Shown here one piece after another: positions 1 through 9,047 of a DNA stretch of 64,000 nucleotides (the first letter of the stretch is position 1; each line of letters starts with the position of its first letter). Source of the DNA: an uncultured Acidimicrobiia bacterium (GTDB taxonomy: Bacteria > Acidobacteriota > Vicinamibacteria > Vicinamibacterales > SCN-69-37); assembly GCA_966252305.1 (NCBI GenBank), contig CBINOO010000005.1, positions 6,889-70,888 on the forward strand. The letters are read 5' to 3'. The translations under genes were made by a program, and so were the position numbers. A model generated the notes under the pieces. It had not been told where the DNA came from and did no database searches. It saw nothing but the letters and a program-made list of their open reading frames with translations.

Positions 1-2019
1 AAGGGCATGCGCCTGGCCACGGTGCGAGACGACATCGTTCAGCTGCTCAACGAAAAGACCGCGCCCGTCCGTCCGAAGGAAACGCCGCTCTTGGCGGAGT
101 TCAGCCGGGACCTGACCGACGCCGCATCCAAACGTCAGCTCGACCCGCTCGTTGGGCGCGCGCACGAGCTCGAGCGTGTGGAGCAGGTGTTGTGCCGGCG
201 CACCAAGAACAACGTTGTTCTGATCGGTGAACCCGGCGTGGGCAAGACGGCCATCGTCGAGGGGCTCGCACAGCGGATCGTGGACGGGGAAGCGCCGCAT
301 TACCTGGCCGACAAGCGCATCCTGGCGCTGGACCTCTCGCTGATTGTCGCCGGCACCAAGTATCGCGGCCAGTTCGAAGAGCGCCTGAAGGCGATCATGA
401 AGGAACTGACCGACAACCCCAACATCATCGTGTTCATCGATGAGTTGCACACGCTCGTGGGGGCGGGGTCGGCGGAAGGCTCCCTGGATGCGGCCAACAT
501 CCTGAAGCCGGCGTTGTCGCGCGGCGAGATTCGCTGCATCGGCGCCACCACCCCGGCTGAATACCGGAAGTACATCGAGAAGGACCGGTCGCTCGAACGC
601 CGATTCCAGGCGGTCAAGGTCGAGGCGCCCACCGAACAGGAATCGCTGCAGATCATCCTCGGCGTCAAGGACCGCTACGAGAACTTCCATCACGTGACGT
701 ACGCGCCCGACGCCCTCGAGGCCGCGGTCTTCCAGTCGAGCCGCTACATCACCGATCGGTTCCTGCCTGACAAGGCCATCGACCTGCTCGACGAGGCCGG
801 TTCACGCGTGAAGTTGCGTGACGCGCAGGCGCGAGGTGGGGGGGCCGCCTCCCGTCAGGTGGTGGTCTCGGTGCCGCCCGTCGAGTCTGACGATGTCGTG
901 ATGACGGCAGACGGCAACGGGGTCATCGTCCGCGAGACCCTGGACGTCCGTCCGCCGCGACGGCTCATCGTCGGCCGGCATGAAATCGACGAGGTCGTCT
1001 CGAAGTGGACCGGGGTTCCGCTCGCGTCGATTACCGAGGACGAGAGCGACAAGCTGTTGCGGATGGAAGAGGAACTCCACCATCGCGTCATCAGCCAGGA
1101 AGCGGCCATCTCGGCGTTGTCGAGGGCGATTCGCCGGTCGAGGGCCGGGCTCAAGAACCCGAATCGTCCCGTGGGGTCGTTCATCTTCCTGGGACCCACG
1201 GGTGTCGGCAAGACCGAGCTGGCCCGCGCGCTGGCCAGCTTCCTGTTTGGCAGCGATCAGGCGCTGATTCGTTTCGACATGTCCGAGTACATGGAGAAAC
1301 ACGCGGTGTCCAAGCTCATCGGCTCGCCGCCCGGGTATGTCGGGCACGAAGAAGGTGGCCAGCTGACCGAGAAGGTCAAGCGGCATCCCTATTCGGTGGT
1401 CCTCCTCGACGAAATCGAGAAGGCGCATCCAGACCTGTTTAACATCCTGCTGCAGGTGTTTGAGGATGGCCACCTGACCGACGGGCTCGGGACGAGGGTC
1501 AATTTCAAGAACACCATCCTGATCATGACGTCCAACATCGGCGCGCGCTTCATTCAGAAGAAGGCGGCGATGGGTTTTCAGTCGCAGGATTCCCGGGACG
1601 TGCAGAAGTCGGTCTCCGAACAGGTCATCGGCGAGGTCAAGCGCACGTTCAATCCTGAATTCATCAATCGCGTCGACGAACTCATCGTCTTTGAGCCGTT
1701 GTCCGACGATGACCTCCGGCGCATTACGCGGTTGCTGGTTGACGAGCTCAACCGCCACCTCGTGGACCGCCAGCTGTCGATCCGGTTGACCCCCGAAGTG
1801 GTCGACTGGATCATCGAGCTGACCTGTCGCGACCGGACGTACGGCGCCCGGCCGCTCCGCCGGGCCATCCAGCGTCACATTGAAGATCCACTCTCCGAAG
1901 AGCTGATCCGGGGCCGACTGTCACGCGGTGAGGTCGAAGTCTACCTGGATCATGGGGGCATCGCCTGGCGGGCGGTCGATGGCTCGGAAACCGGCCGCTC
2001 CCTGGCAGCCACCGTCTAA
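1..2019 (+). CDS. clpC: Clp/Hsp100 AAA+ ATPase, ClpC/ClpA family; 5' end lies outside the window (N-domain missing)
   Basis: Two AAA+ modules: D1 Walker A GEPGVGKT and D2 [12 protein letters not shown]2 carries strings typical of ClpC ([34 protein letters not shown]) and an MGF loop resembling the ClpP-docking tripeptide. The first residues align with the end of a Clp N-domain, so the gene continues upstream. Confidence 0.9.
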   Translation, partial: KGMRLATVRDDIVQLLNEKTAPVRPKETPLLAEFSRDLTDAASKRQLDPLVGRAHELERVEQVLCRRTKNNVVLIGEPGVGKTAIVEGLAQRIVDGEAPHYLADKRILALDLSLIVAGTKYRGQFEERLKAIMKELTDNPNIIVFIDELHTLVGAGSAEGSLDAANILKPALSRGEIRCIGATTPAEYRKYIEKDRSLERRFQAVKVEAPTEQESLQIILGVKDRYENFHHVTYAPDALEAAVFQSSRYITDRFLPDKAIDLLDEAGSRVKLRDAQARGGGAASRQVVVSVPPVESDDVVMTADGNGVIVRETLDVRPPRRLIVGRHEIDEVVSKWTGVPLASITEDESDKLLRMEEELHHRVISQEAAISALSRAIRRSRAGLKNPNRPVGSFIFLGPTGVGKTELARALASFLFGSDQALIRFDMSEYMEKHAVSKLIGSPPGYVGHEEGGQLTEKVKRHPYSVVLLDEIEKAHPDLFNILLQVFEDGHLTDGLGTRVNFKNTILIMTSNIGARFIQKKAAMGFQSQDSRDVQKSVSEQVIGEVKRTFNPEFINRVDELIVFEPLSDDDLRRITRLLVDELNRHLVDRQLSIRLTPEVVDWIIELTCRDRTYGARPLRRAIQRHIEDPLSEELIRGRLSRGEVEVYLDHGGIAWRAVDGSETGRSLAATV

Positions 2020-2021
2020 GA

Positions 2022-4706
2022 TTGAACGAGATGTCCAAGAAGCGGAACTACCGATTTGCGGTCCCGACGCTGCTGGCCGCGCTGGTGCTGACGCCCGCCG
2101 TGGCGGCCGGTCAGGCCCAGCCGCCCGTGCCCGTTGCGGCCCCCCAGCAGGCCCCCGCGCCCCAACTGCCCCCGACGGATATCGGACCTGTGGTCTGGGG
2201 TGTCGAGCTTCGAGTCGTGCCCGACAACGTGTTCACCGTCGTGCCGGCCGAGACCTACCTCTATTACCAGCGAACCCGTCCGCGAACCGCGACCGGTGGA
2301 TTCATCCCCTACGACGAAGCGTTCGAGCGCCAGTTGCTGGCCGACTTCGATCGGTTGATGGCCACTCCGTTCGTCGACGACCTTCGGATTGAGGTGCTCG
2401 ACGTCCCGTATTCCAACGGCGTCATCGGCAAACACGTCATCTTTTTCATCGAGGAAAAAGAACGCATCAAGATCGTCGACTATCAGGGATCGCGCGAAGT
2501 CGCCGTCTCCGACATCGAAGCCAAGCTGAAGGAAGAAAACATCGAGATTCGGCTCGACTCGCCGGTCGACGACAGCGTGATCCGGCGGGTGGCCGGTGTC
2601 GTCAAGTCGCTCTACGGCGAAAAGGGTTACCAGTACGCGACGGTGACCCCCACCAAGAAGCCTGCGACCGGTGGGCCGAAGCTGGTGCACCTGACCTTCA
2701 ATATCGACCAGGGCCCCAAGGTGAAGATTCGCGAAGTGCAGTTCGACGGCAACTCCGCGATTTCCGACGGCGACCTGCGCGCCCAACTCAAGACCAACAA
2801 GCCGCGCGGATTCCTCGGTTTCATCAGCGGCGGGGGCACCTACCAGGAGGCAAAGTTTGCCGAAGATGCCGACCTGGTGCAGCAGTACCTGCGCGACAAG
2901 GGCTATGTGTATGCCCGGGTCGGTCAGCCGCAGCTGGAAGTCCTCGGTGACTCCGAGGACGGCGAAACGCGGTGGGTGCGGATGCGCATCCCGATCGATG
3001 AAGGCGACCGCTACCGCGTGAGCAAGTTCGAGATTACGGGGAACGAGACCATCCGTACCGAAGCGTTGACGCCCTTCTTCAAGAAGGTGGAAGTCGGCGA
3101 ATACTTCACGTTCAAGCCCATTGCCAAGGGCCGCGAAAAACTGTCGGAACTGTACGGCTCGTTCGGTTTCATGGACTTCGACCTCGTGCCGGAGCTCAAG
3201 CCGAACAACCTCAACATGGAAACGGGCGAGCACCTGCCCGGATTCACGGGTGAGCCGGAGGTTGAAGTCACGCTGCGTGTGACGGAAGGCACGATGTACC
3301 GGTTGAACCGGCTGACGTTCCTTGGCAACACCACCACGCGCGATGCGGTCATTCGCCGCGAGATGCGTCTGGTCGAGGGCGGCACCTTCAACATGGAGTC
3401 GCTCAAGTTCAGCATTCGGCGCCTGAACCAGCTGGGCTACTTCAAGCCGCTCGAAGACAACGACGCGGTGTCGATTGAAAAGACCCCGAACTCCGAAGGC
3501 CTGGTGGATGTGCGGCTCAAGTTCGAGGAGCAGAACCGCAATCAGCTGAGTTTCGGCGCCGGCATCTCGCAGTTCGAAGGCTTCTTCGGCCAGCTGGGCT
3601 TCCAGACGTCCAACTTCATGGGCCGCGGCGAAACGCTGTCGGTATCCGCCCAGAAGGGCGCGCGCGCCAGCAACTACCAGCTGGCCTTCACCGAGCCCTT
3701 CCTGTTCGACCGGCCGATCACCGCGGGTATTGACGTCTACTCACGCGAGATCATCTATCTCTTCCAGTTCACCCAGAAGTCGACCGGCGGCAACCTGCTG
3801 TTCGGTTTCCCGGTCGCCAACTGGTCGCGGTTCTTCATCGGATACAGCTACGAAGATATCCAGGTGAAGGATGTCCAGTTCGACATCAGCGACCAGGCGC
3901 TGGAGTTCAACCCATTGCTGGCGGAAGCGCTGCTGCGGAACACCGGCGGCAAGCGCACGGTCAGCAAGATCTCGCCGAGCATCACCTACAACACGATCAA
4001 CGAGCCGATCTTCCCCTCGAGCGGCAGCCGCTGGACGGCGGCGTTTGATCTCGCCGGCGCCGGCGGCGATACCAAGTTCGTGCGCGGACGCCTCGAGGCC
4101 ATCCGATACCAGCCCATCACCCCGCGCATGTCGCTTGGCGTGCGTTTGCAGGGCGAATACGTGCGGCCCTACGGCAGCACAACGACCCTCCCAATCTTTG
4201 AGCGGCTGGTGCTTGGCGGCGAGTACTCAATCCGCGGTTTTGACCTGCGCAGCGTGGGCACCAGGGACGAGCAGTCCGGCCTCGTGCTCGGCGGCAACAA
4301 GACCCTGCTCTTCAACGCGGAGTACATGATCAACGTGGGTGGGCCTGTGCGTCTGGTCTTCTTCTACGACGCGGGGCAGGTTCGCAACATCGGCGAGAGC
4401 TTCACCTGGCGTGAGGACGTGTTTCAGCGGGTGACTCCCGAGCCGCCGCTGTTGTCCGACCCGACCCAGTCGCCGATTCTGACGCCGGGCGGACAGGATC
4501 CCTCCGTTCCCACGCTCCAGTCGATTGGCAAGACGTATGCCTTCAAGGCGTCGACCGGCGCGGAGATTCGTTTCTTCATGCCGGTACTGAACGTGCCGTT
4601 CCGGCTCATCTTCGCCTACAACCCGCTGCGGGGGAACGTGTTCAACAACCAGCTCCAGCGGCAGCCGAAGTTCACGTTCCGCTTCGCGGTCGGCACAACG
4701 TTCTAG
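2022..4706 (+). CDS. bamA: Outer membrane protein assembly factor BamA (Omp85 family, POTRA repeats plus beta-barrel)
   Basis: 894 aa with a signal peptide (LLAALVLTPAVAAGQA), repeated POTRA-like segments, and a C-terminal barrel ending in aromatic F (FRFAVGTTF). Classic bamA-skp-lpx neighbourhood. Confidence 0.9.
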   Translation: MNEMSKKRNYRFAVPTLLAALVLTPAVAAGQAQPPVPVAAPQQAPAPQLPPTDIGPVVWGVELRVVPDNVFTVVPAETYLYYQRTRPRTATGGFIPYDEAFERQLLADFDRLMATPFVDDLRIEVLDVPYSNGVIGKHVIFFIEEKERIKIVDYQGSREVAVSDIEAKLKEENIEIRLDSPVDDSVIRRVAGVVKSLYGEKGYQYATVTPTKKPATGGPKLVHLTFNIDQGPKVKIREVQFDGNSAISDGDLRAQLKTNKPRGFLGFISGGGTYQEAKFAEDADLVQQYLRDKGYVYARVGQPQLEVLGDSEDGETRWVRMRIPIDEGDRYRVSKFEITGNETIRTEALTPFFKKVEVGEYFTFKPIAKGREKLSELYGSFGFMDFDLVPELKPNNLNMETGEHLPGFTGEPEVEVTLRVTEGTMYRLNRLTFLGNTTTRDAVIRREMRLVEGGTFNMESLKFSIRRLNQLGYFKPLEDNDAVSIEKTPNSEGLVDVRLKFEEQNRNQLSFGAGISQFEGFFGQLGFQTSNFMGRGETLSVSAQKGARASNYQLAFTEPFLFDRPITAGIDVYSREIIYLFQFTQKSTGGNLLFGFPVANWSRFFIGYSYEDIQVKDVQFDISDQALEFNPLLAEALLRNTGGKRTVSKISPSITYNTINEPIFPSSGSRWTAAFDLAGAGGDTKFVRGRLEAIRYQPITPRMSLGVRLQGEYVRPYGSTTTLPIFERLVLGGEYSIRGFDLRSVGTRDEQSGLVLGGNKTLLFNAEYMINVGGPVRLVFFYDAGQVRNIGESFTWREDVFQRVTPEPPLLSDPTQSPILTPGGQDPSVPTLQSIGKTYAFKASTGAEIRFFMPVLNVPFRLIFAYNPLRGNVFNNQLQRQPKFTFRFAVGTTF

Positions 4707-4748
4707 GCCCGATCACTCACGAGGCCTCGCCTCGGCAGAAACAAAAGA

Positions 4749-4784
4749 GGGCGTCGACCCGAAGGTCGACGCCCTTGTTTTTTT
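4749..4784. terminator. Bidirectional rho-independent terminator between convergent bamA and the lipoprotein gene
   Basis: Perfect 11-bp stem GGGCGTCGACC / GGTCGACGCCC (4749-4759 and 4764-4774) with a 4-nt loop. It is followed by TTGTTTTTTT on the plus strand and preceded by AAACAAAAGA, which gives a U-tract for the minus strand. Confidence 0.8.
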
Positions 4785-4818
4785 GCGAATTGGCGGGTCT
4801 GACGACCCACGTCGGGAA

Positions 4819-5259
4819 TCAGGGATGCGTGACCTTCATCGTGAACTGCACGTTGCTGGACAACCGGCCCACATCGTGGATGCGGAGGCAGAGGGAACCG
4901 GAAGATCCCGCCGAGCCGACCAGCTGTGTGAATTCCAGCGCGTTGTCGTTGCTGATCACGGCCGCGCACTGGGTGCCGGACCAGGTGCCCAGGGTGAAGC
5001 CGAGCGCCACGGTGTTATCCGGGGCGACGGTGGTGATCTGGGCCGTGACCGTGCCGGCCGCGAACACCGCGAACGGGAACGAGACGGCCCCATTTGGCCC
5101 CAGCAGCCCCGAAAACGTCTCGACGACATTCTGGGTAACCGGGGTCTCGGTGGAGGGCGCCGTCGGCCCTTCATCGTCACAGGCGGCCGCTCCGGCCACC
5201 AGAATCAGCGCTGCCGCCACCCGGGAAAGGCGGGCCGGCACAGTGGGAAATCGACGCAT
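4819..5259 (-). CDS. Small secreted lipoprotein, unknown function (146 aa)
   Basis: Internal ATG at 5259 of the 4819..6027 ORF gives MRRFPTVPARLSRVAAALILVAGAAAC. This is a signal peptide with a lipobox (L-V-A-G-A-A-A-C). The mature part is Thr/Val/Ser-rich and looks beta-rich. A GGAGGG Shine-Dalgarno-like sequence sits just upstream. The longer N-terminal extension is antisense to skp and was rejected. Confidence 0.6.
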   Translation of the reverse strand: MRRFPTVPARLSRVAAALILVAGAAACDDEGPTAPSTETPVTQNVVETFSGLLGPNGAVSFPFAVFAAGTVTAQITTVAPDNTVALGFTLGTWSGTQCAAVISNDNALEFTQLVGSAGSSGSLCLRIHDVGRLSSNVQFTMKVTHP

Positions 5260-5338
5260 GCCCTCCAAGTGTAGCCTAGCCTCGCGGAGGGGTTCTACGT
5301 TATCGTTGCTTGTTGAAAGGTTGAGGTACACACCACTC

Positions 5339-5944
5339 ATGCATAGACAGACGTTCCTTATGGCCCTGGCGGCCGTCCTCATTGCCGGTAACGCCCTGGC
5401 GCAGACGGCAACGCCCCCAACCACACAGACGCCGCCGGCGGCTCCGCCCGCGGCGCAGGCCCCGGCTCCGGTGCCGTTCCCGGCCGACTCGAAGATCGGC
5501 TTCGTTGACCTCCAGACCGTCGTCTCGCAGTCGGCGCTGGGCAAGGCGGGCTCGCAGCAGCTCGAAGCCCTGTCGAAGAAGTGGGAGACGGAACTCACCG
5601 GACTGCAGACGAAGCTGAAGGAAGCGCAGAACAGGCAGCAGACGCAGTCCCAGCTGCTGAGCGAAGTGGCCGCTGCGGGCCTCGCGAAGGACATCGACCG
5701 GATGACACGCGAGCTCAACTTCAAGCAGCAGGAAGCGCAGTCGGAGCTGCAGACGATGCAGGCGGACTTGCTGGCGGACTTCGAAAAGAAGGTCGTACCG
5801 ATCATGGAGGCGATGGCCAAGGAAAAAGGCCTGTACGCGCTCATGAACGTGGCGGACAGCGGTGCCCTGTATGTGCACCCCGGTCTGAACCTGTCGCCCG
5901 AGTTGGTCAAGCGCGTCGACGCGCAGTTCCCGGCAAAGCAGTAG
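5339..5944 (+). CDS. skp: Periplasmic chaperone Skp (OmpH family)
   Basis: ATG at 5339 gives MHRQTFLMALAAVLIAGNALAQ (signal peptide). This is followed by a long Gln/Glu/Lys-rich coiled-coil typical of OmpH/Skp, in the expected position after bamA. Confidence 0.8.
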   Translation: MHRQTFLMALAAVLIAGNALAQTATPPTTQTPPAAPPAAQAPAPVPFPADSKIGFVDLQTVVSQSALGKAGSQQLEALSKKWETELTGLQTKLKEAQNRQQTQSQLLSEVAAAGLAKDIDRMTRELNFKQQEAQSELQTMQADLLADFEKKVVPIMEAMAKEKGLYALMNVADSGALYVHPGLNLSPELVKRVDAQFPAKQ

Positions 5945-5990
5945 TGACTCTGGCGCGGGGCGCGCCTGCGCGCGCGCCCCGCCCGGGTAC

Positions 5991-7265
5991 TTGCACGGAC
6001 ACTCCGCGTTGATCGCCCTTCGCACACAACTCGACCGCCTGCTGTACCGCTACCCGGCCGTCATGATTGACGGGCTGGTGGCGCACGAGCCGGGCCGACG
6101 TGTCGTCGCCGTCAAGAACGTCACGGCCAACGAGGAGTTCTTCCCGGGCCACTTCCCCGGCACCCCCGTACTGCCCGGCGTCCTCATGATCGAGTCGCTG
6201 GTACAGACGGCCTCGCTCATCCTGACCGAGCCGGCTGATCTCGACCACCGCGTGCGGCTGCGCGGGGTTGAAGACGTGAAATTTCGCAAGCAGGTCTCGC
6301 CGGGCGACCGGCTGGAGCTGGACGTGCAGCTGCTCCGGCGCAGAGGGCCGGTGGCTCGACTGCGGGCCGAGGCGCGTGGCGCTGATGAGCAGATCGTGGC
6401 GGAGGCGACTCTGGTCGTTGTCGTCGAACGCGCGACGAACCTGCCGGCCCCCAGTATTCACCCCAACGCGGTGGTGCACCCGGGCGCCGTCATTGGTGCC
6501 GGCTCGGAGATTGGACCGTTTGCCGTGATTGGCCCCCAGGTCACGATAGGCAAGCACTGCCGGATTGGGGCGTCTGCGGTCATTGACGGGCTGACCACCA
6601 TCGGCGACCACACCGAAGTCTATGCATTTGCGTCGATTGGCCTGGCGCCGCAGGACCTGAAGTTCAAGGGTGAAGCGACCAGGCTCACGATTGGCGCGCA
6701 CAACGTCTTGCGTGAGTTCGTCACCATCCATCGCGGCACGGCTGGCGGCGGCGGCGAAACCACGATCGGTGATCACAATCTCTTCATGGCGTACAGCCAC
6801 GTGGCGCACGATTGTCACGTCGGCAGCCACACGATTTTCGGCAATGCCGCCACCCTGGGTGGCCACGTCACGGTCGATGACTGGGTGACGATTTCCGCCT
6901 TCTCGGGCGTCCATCAGTTCTGCCGCATCGGGAAGTACGCGTTCATCGGTGGGTATACCGTCGTGACGCGCAACGCCCTGCCGTACGCAAAAACCGTCGG
7001 CAATCGCGCGCGCATTTACGGACTCAACACCATTGGCCTCGAGCGTCGCGGCTTTTCGCGTGAGCTGATTGGCAAGCTGCGTCGGGCGTACCGCCATCTC
7101 ATCCAGCACAACACGAGCCGCGCCATTGAACTCATCGAAGGCGATCCGACGCTGGCCGCGCCGGAAGTGGCCTATCTGGTGGACTTCATTCGCCACGCCG
7201 GAACCCGCGGGGTGATCCTGCGCCGGCCCTCTCATAAGGTCGGCGAAGACGCGGACGGCGAATAG
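5991..7265 (+). CDS. fabZ/lpxA: Fused 3-hydroxyacyl-ACP dehydratase (FabZ) / acyl-ACP:UDP-GlcNAc O-acyltransferase (LpxA) in a single ORF
   Basis: The N-terminal ~150 aa carry the FabZ hot-dog motif ([35 protein letters not shown]). From about residue 155 ([30 protein letters not shown]) the sequence is left-handed beta-helix hexapeptide repeats with an LpxA-type C-terminal helical domain. There is no stop and no ATG/GTG/TTG at the junction. The start may be TTG 5991 or TTG 6009. Confidence 0.85.
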   Translation: MHGHSALIALRTQLDRLLYRYPAVMIDGLVAHEPGRRVVAVKNVTANEEFFPGHFPGTPVLPGVLMIESLVQTASLILTEPADLDHRVRLRGVEDVKFRKQVSPGDRLELDVQLLRRRGPVARLRAEARGADEQIVAEATLVVVVERATNLPAPSIHPNAVVHPGAVIGAGSEIGPFAVIGPQVTIGKHCRIGASAVIDGLTTIGDHTEVYAFASIGLAPQDLKFKGEATRLTIGAHNVLREFVTIHRGTAGGGGETTIGDHNLFMAYSHVAHDCHVGSHTIFGNAATLGGHVTVDDWVTISAFSGVHQFCRIGKYAFIGGYTVVTRNALPYAKTVGNRARIYGLNTIGLERRGFSRELIGKLRRAYRHLIQHNTSRAIELIEGDPTLAAPEVAYLVDFIRHAGTRGVILRRPSHKVGEDADGE

Positions 7266-7266
7266 G

Positions 7267-8094
7267 ATGGCGTCCATGCCGCTGGGACTCATCGCCGGCA
7301 ACGGCACTTTCCCATTCCTGATTCTTCAGGCGGCGCGCCAACTCGGTCACGATGTCGTGACCGTCGCGGTCGAGGGTGAGGCGTTTCCCGAACTCGAGAC
7401 GCACGCGACGTCCCTGGGGCACCCGGCCTTTCACTGGATTTCACTCGGTCAACTCGGCAAGTGCATCAAGACGCTCAAGGCCGCCGGTGTCTCCCGCGCG
7501 GTGATGGCCGGACAGGTCAAACACGTGAAGTTGTTTGGCGGCGTGATGCCGGACATGACGTTGCTGTCGGTGCTCACGCGCCTCCGGTCAAAGAACACCG
7601 ACGCGTTGATTGCCGCCATCGCGGATGTGCTGGCGGAGCACGGCATCACCCTGATGAACTCCACCGAGCTGCTGGGCGACCTGCTCGCGCGCGAGGGCGT
7701 GCTGACGCAGCGGCGCCCGACGCCGGAGATGGACGCGGACTTCGCCTACGGGTACCAGGTCGCGGATGTGGTGGCCGGGCTCGACATCGGCCAGACCATC
7801 GTCGTCAAAGACAAGGCCGTGGTGGCGGTTGAGGCGATGGAAGGCACCGATCAGACGATTGCAAGAGCCGGCGCCCTTGCCGGCGCGGGCACACGCGTTG
7901 TGAAGGTGGCCAAACCATCCCAGGACATGCGTTTTGATGTGCCGGTCGTGGGCGTGGCCACGATTGAGCAGATGCGGGTGGCCGGGGCCGATGCGCTCTC
8001 GGTGGACGCCGGCAAGACGCTGATGATTGACGGACCACGCATCATTGACGCGGCCAACGCGGCCGGGATTGTCGTGGTGGGGAGGCCTCGGTGA
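7267..8094 (+). CDS. lpxI: UDP-2,3-diacylglucosamine pyrophosphatase LpxI (DUF1009 family)
   Basis: N-terminal [11 protein letters not shown] motif and C-terminal [14 protein letters not shown]...AGIVVVG, both typical of LpxI. Located directly after lpxA. Confidence 0.8.
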   Translation: MASMPLGLIAGNGTFPFLILQAARQLGHDVVTVAVEGEAFPELETHATSLGHPAFHWISLGQLGKCIKTLKAAGVSRAVMAGQVKHVKLFGGVMPDMTLLSVLTRLRSKNTDALIAAIADVLAEHGITLMNSTELLGDLLAREGVLTQRRPTPEMDADFAYGYQVADVVAGLDIGQTIVVKDKAVVAVEAMEGTDQTIARAGALAGAGTRVVKVAKPSQDMRFDVPVVGVATIEQMRVAGADALSVDAGKTLMIDGPRIIDAANAAGIVVVGRPR

Positions 8095-9047
8095 AGCGAC
8101 TTCGTGTGGGGGTGATCGGCGTGGGCCATCTTGGCCGCCACCATGCACGCCTGCTGGCTGCCAATCCCGCAGCGGACCTGGTGGGTCTCGTCGACCTCGA
8201 TCCGGCGCGCCGTGAGGCGGCCACGGCCGCGACAGGGGCTCCCGCGTTTGACGACCACCGCGCCCTGCTCGGACGGGTCGACGCCGTGAGCATCGCGGTG
8301 CCGACGATTGAGCACGCGCGGGTCGCGCATGAATTCATCGCGGCCGGGGTGCATGTGCTCGTGGAAAAGCCCATGACGTCCACACTGGCCGAGGCCGAAG
8401 CGCTGCTCGACGCGTCCGATCGCGCCGGTGTCACGCTGGCGGTGGGGCACACCGAGCGATTTAATCCAGCGGTGGCGGCCGCCATTCCGCTGGTCACGGC
8501 GCCCCGATTCATCGAAGTGCATCGGCTGAGCGGCTTTCCCGAACGCAGTCTCGATATCGATGTCGTGTTCGACGTCATGATTCACGACCTTGACATCGTG
8601 CTTGCGATCGACAGGACCGACGTCGTCAGTGTGGAGGCGGTCGGCGTGCCGGTGTTGTCGCACAAGGTCGATATCGCCAATGCCCGGCTGCGCATGGCGT
8701 CGGGGTGTACGGTGAACCTCACGGCGAGCCGCATCAGCCGCGACAAGGTGCGCAAGGTGCGGTTTTTCCAGACCGATCGGTACGTGTCGGTCGACTACGG
8801 TGATCAGGAACTCGACGTCTGGCGCCTGCTGCCTCGCGAGGGGAGTCGTCCGGCGATCGAAGGCGGACCCGTGCCGGTCGAAAAAGGGGAACCCCTTGGG
8901 CTGGAACTTGCCGACTTCGTGGACGCGATACAGTCAGGCCGACCGCCACGCGTCACCGGGCGCGACGGCTACCGCGCGCTGCAACTGGCGACGCGCGTCG
9001 CGGCAGCCATCGATGCGGATTTGAAGGATAAGGCACATGCTCAGTGA
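8091..9047 (+). CDS. Gfo/Idh/MocA-family NAD(P)-dependent oxidoreductase (possible UDP-GlcNAc 3-dehydrogenase GnnA-like; unproven)
   Basis: N-terminal Rossmann motif [19 protein letters not shown] and an EKP motif (VLVEKPM). GTGA overlap with lpxI. Confidence 0.75.
   Translation: MKRLRVGVIGVGHLGRHHARLLAANPAADLVGLVDLDPARREAATAATGAPAFDDHRALLGRVDAVSIAVPTIEHARVAHEFIAAGVHVLVEKPMTSTLAEAEALLDASDRAGVTLAVGHTERFNPAVAAAIPLVTAPRFIEVHRLSGFPERSLDIDVVFDVMIHDLDIVLAIDRTDVVSVEAVGVPVLSHKVDIANARLRMASGCTVNLTASRISRDKVRKVRFFQTDRYVSVDYGDQELDVWRLLPREGSRPAIEGGPVPVEKGEPLGLELADFVDAIQSGRPPRVTGRDGYRALQLATRVAAAIDADLKDKAHAQ

Noticed and set aside
4775-5338. N-terminal 188 codons of plus-strand ORF 4775..5944
   Set aside because: It is antisense to the lipoprotein gene, starts inside the terminator and has no signal peptide. 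Skp begins at ATG 5339 with a proper signal peptide.
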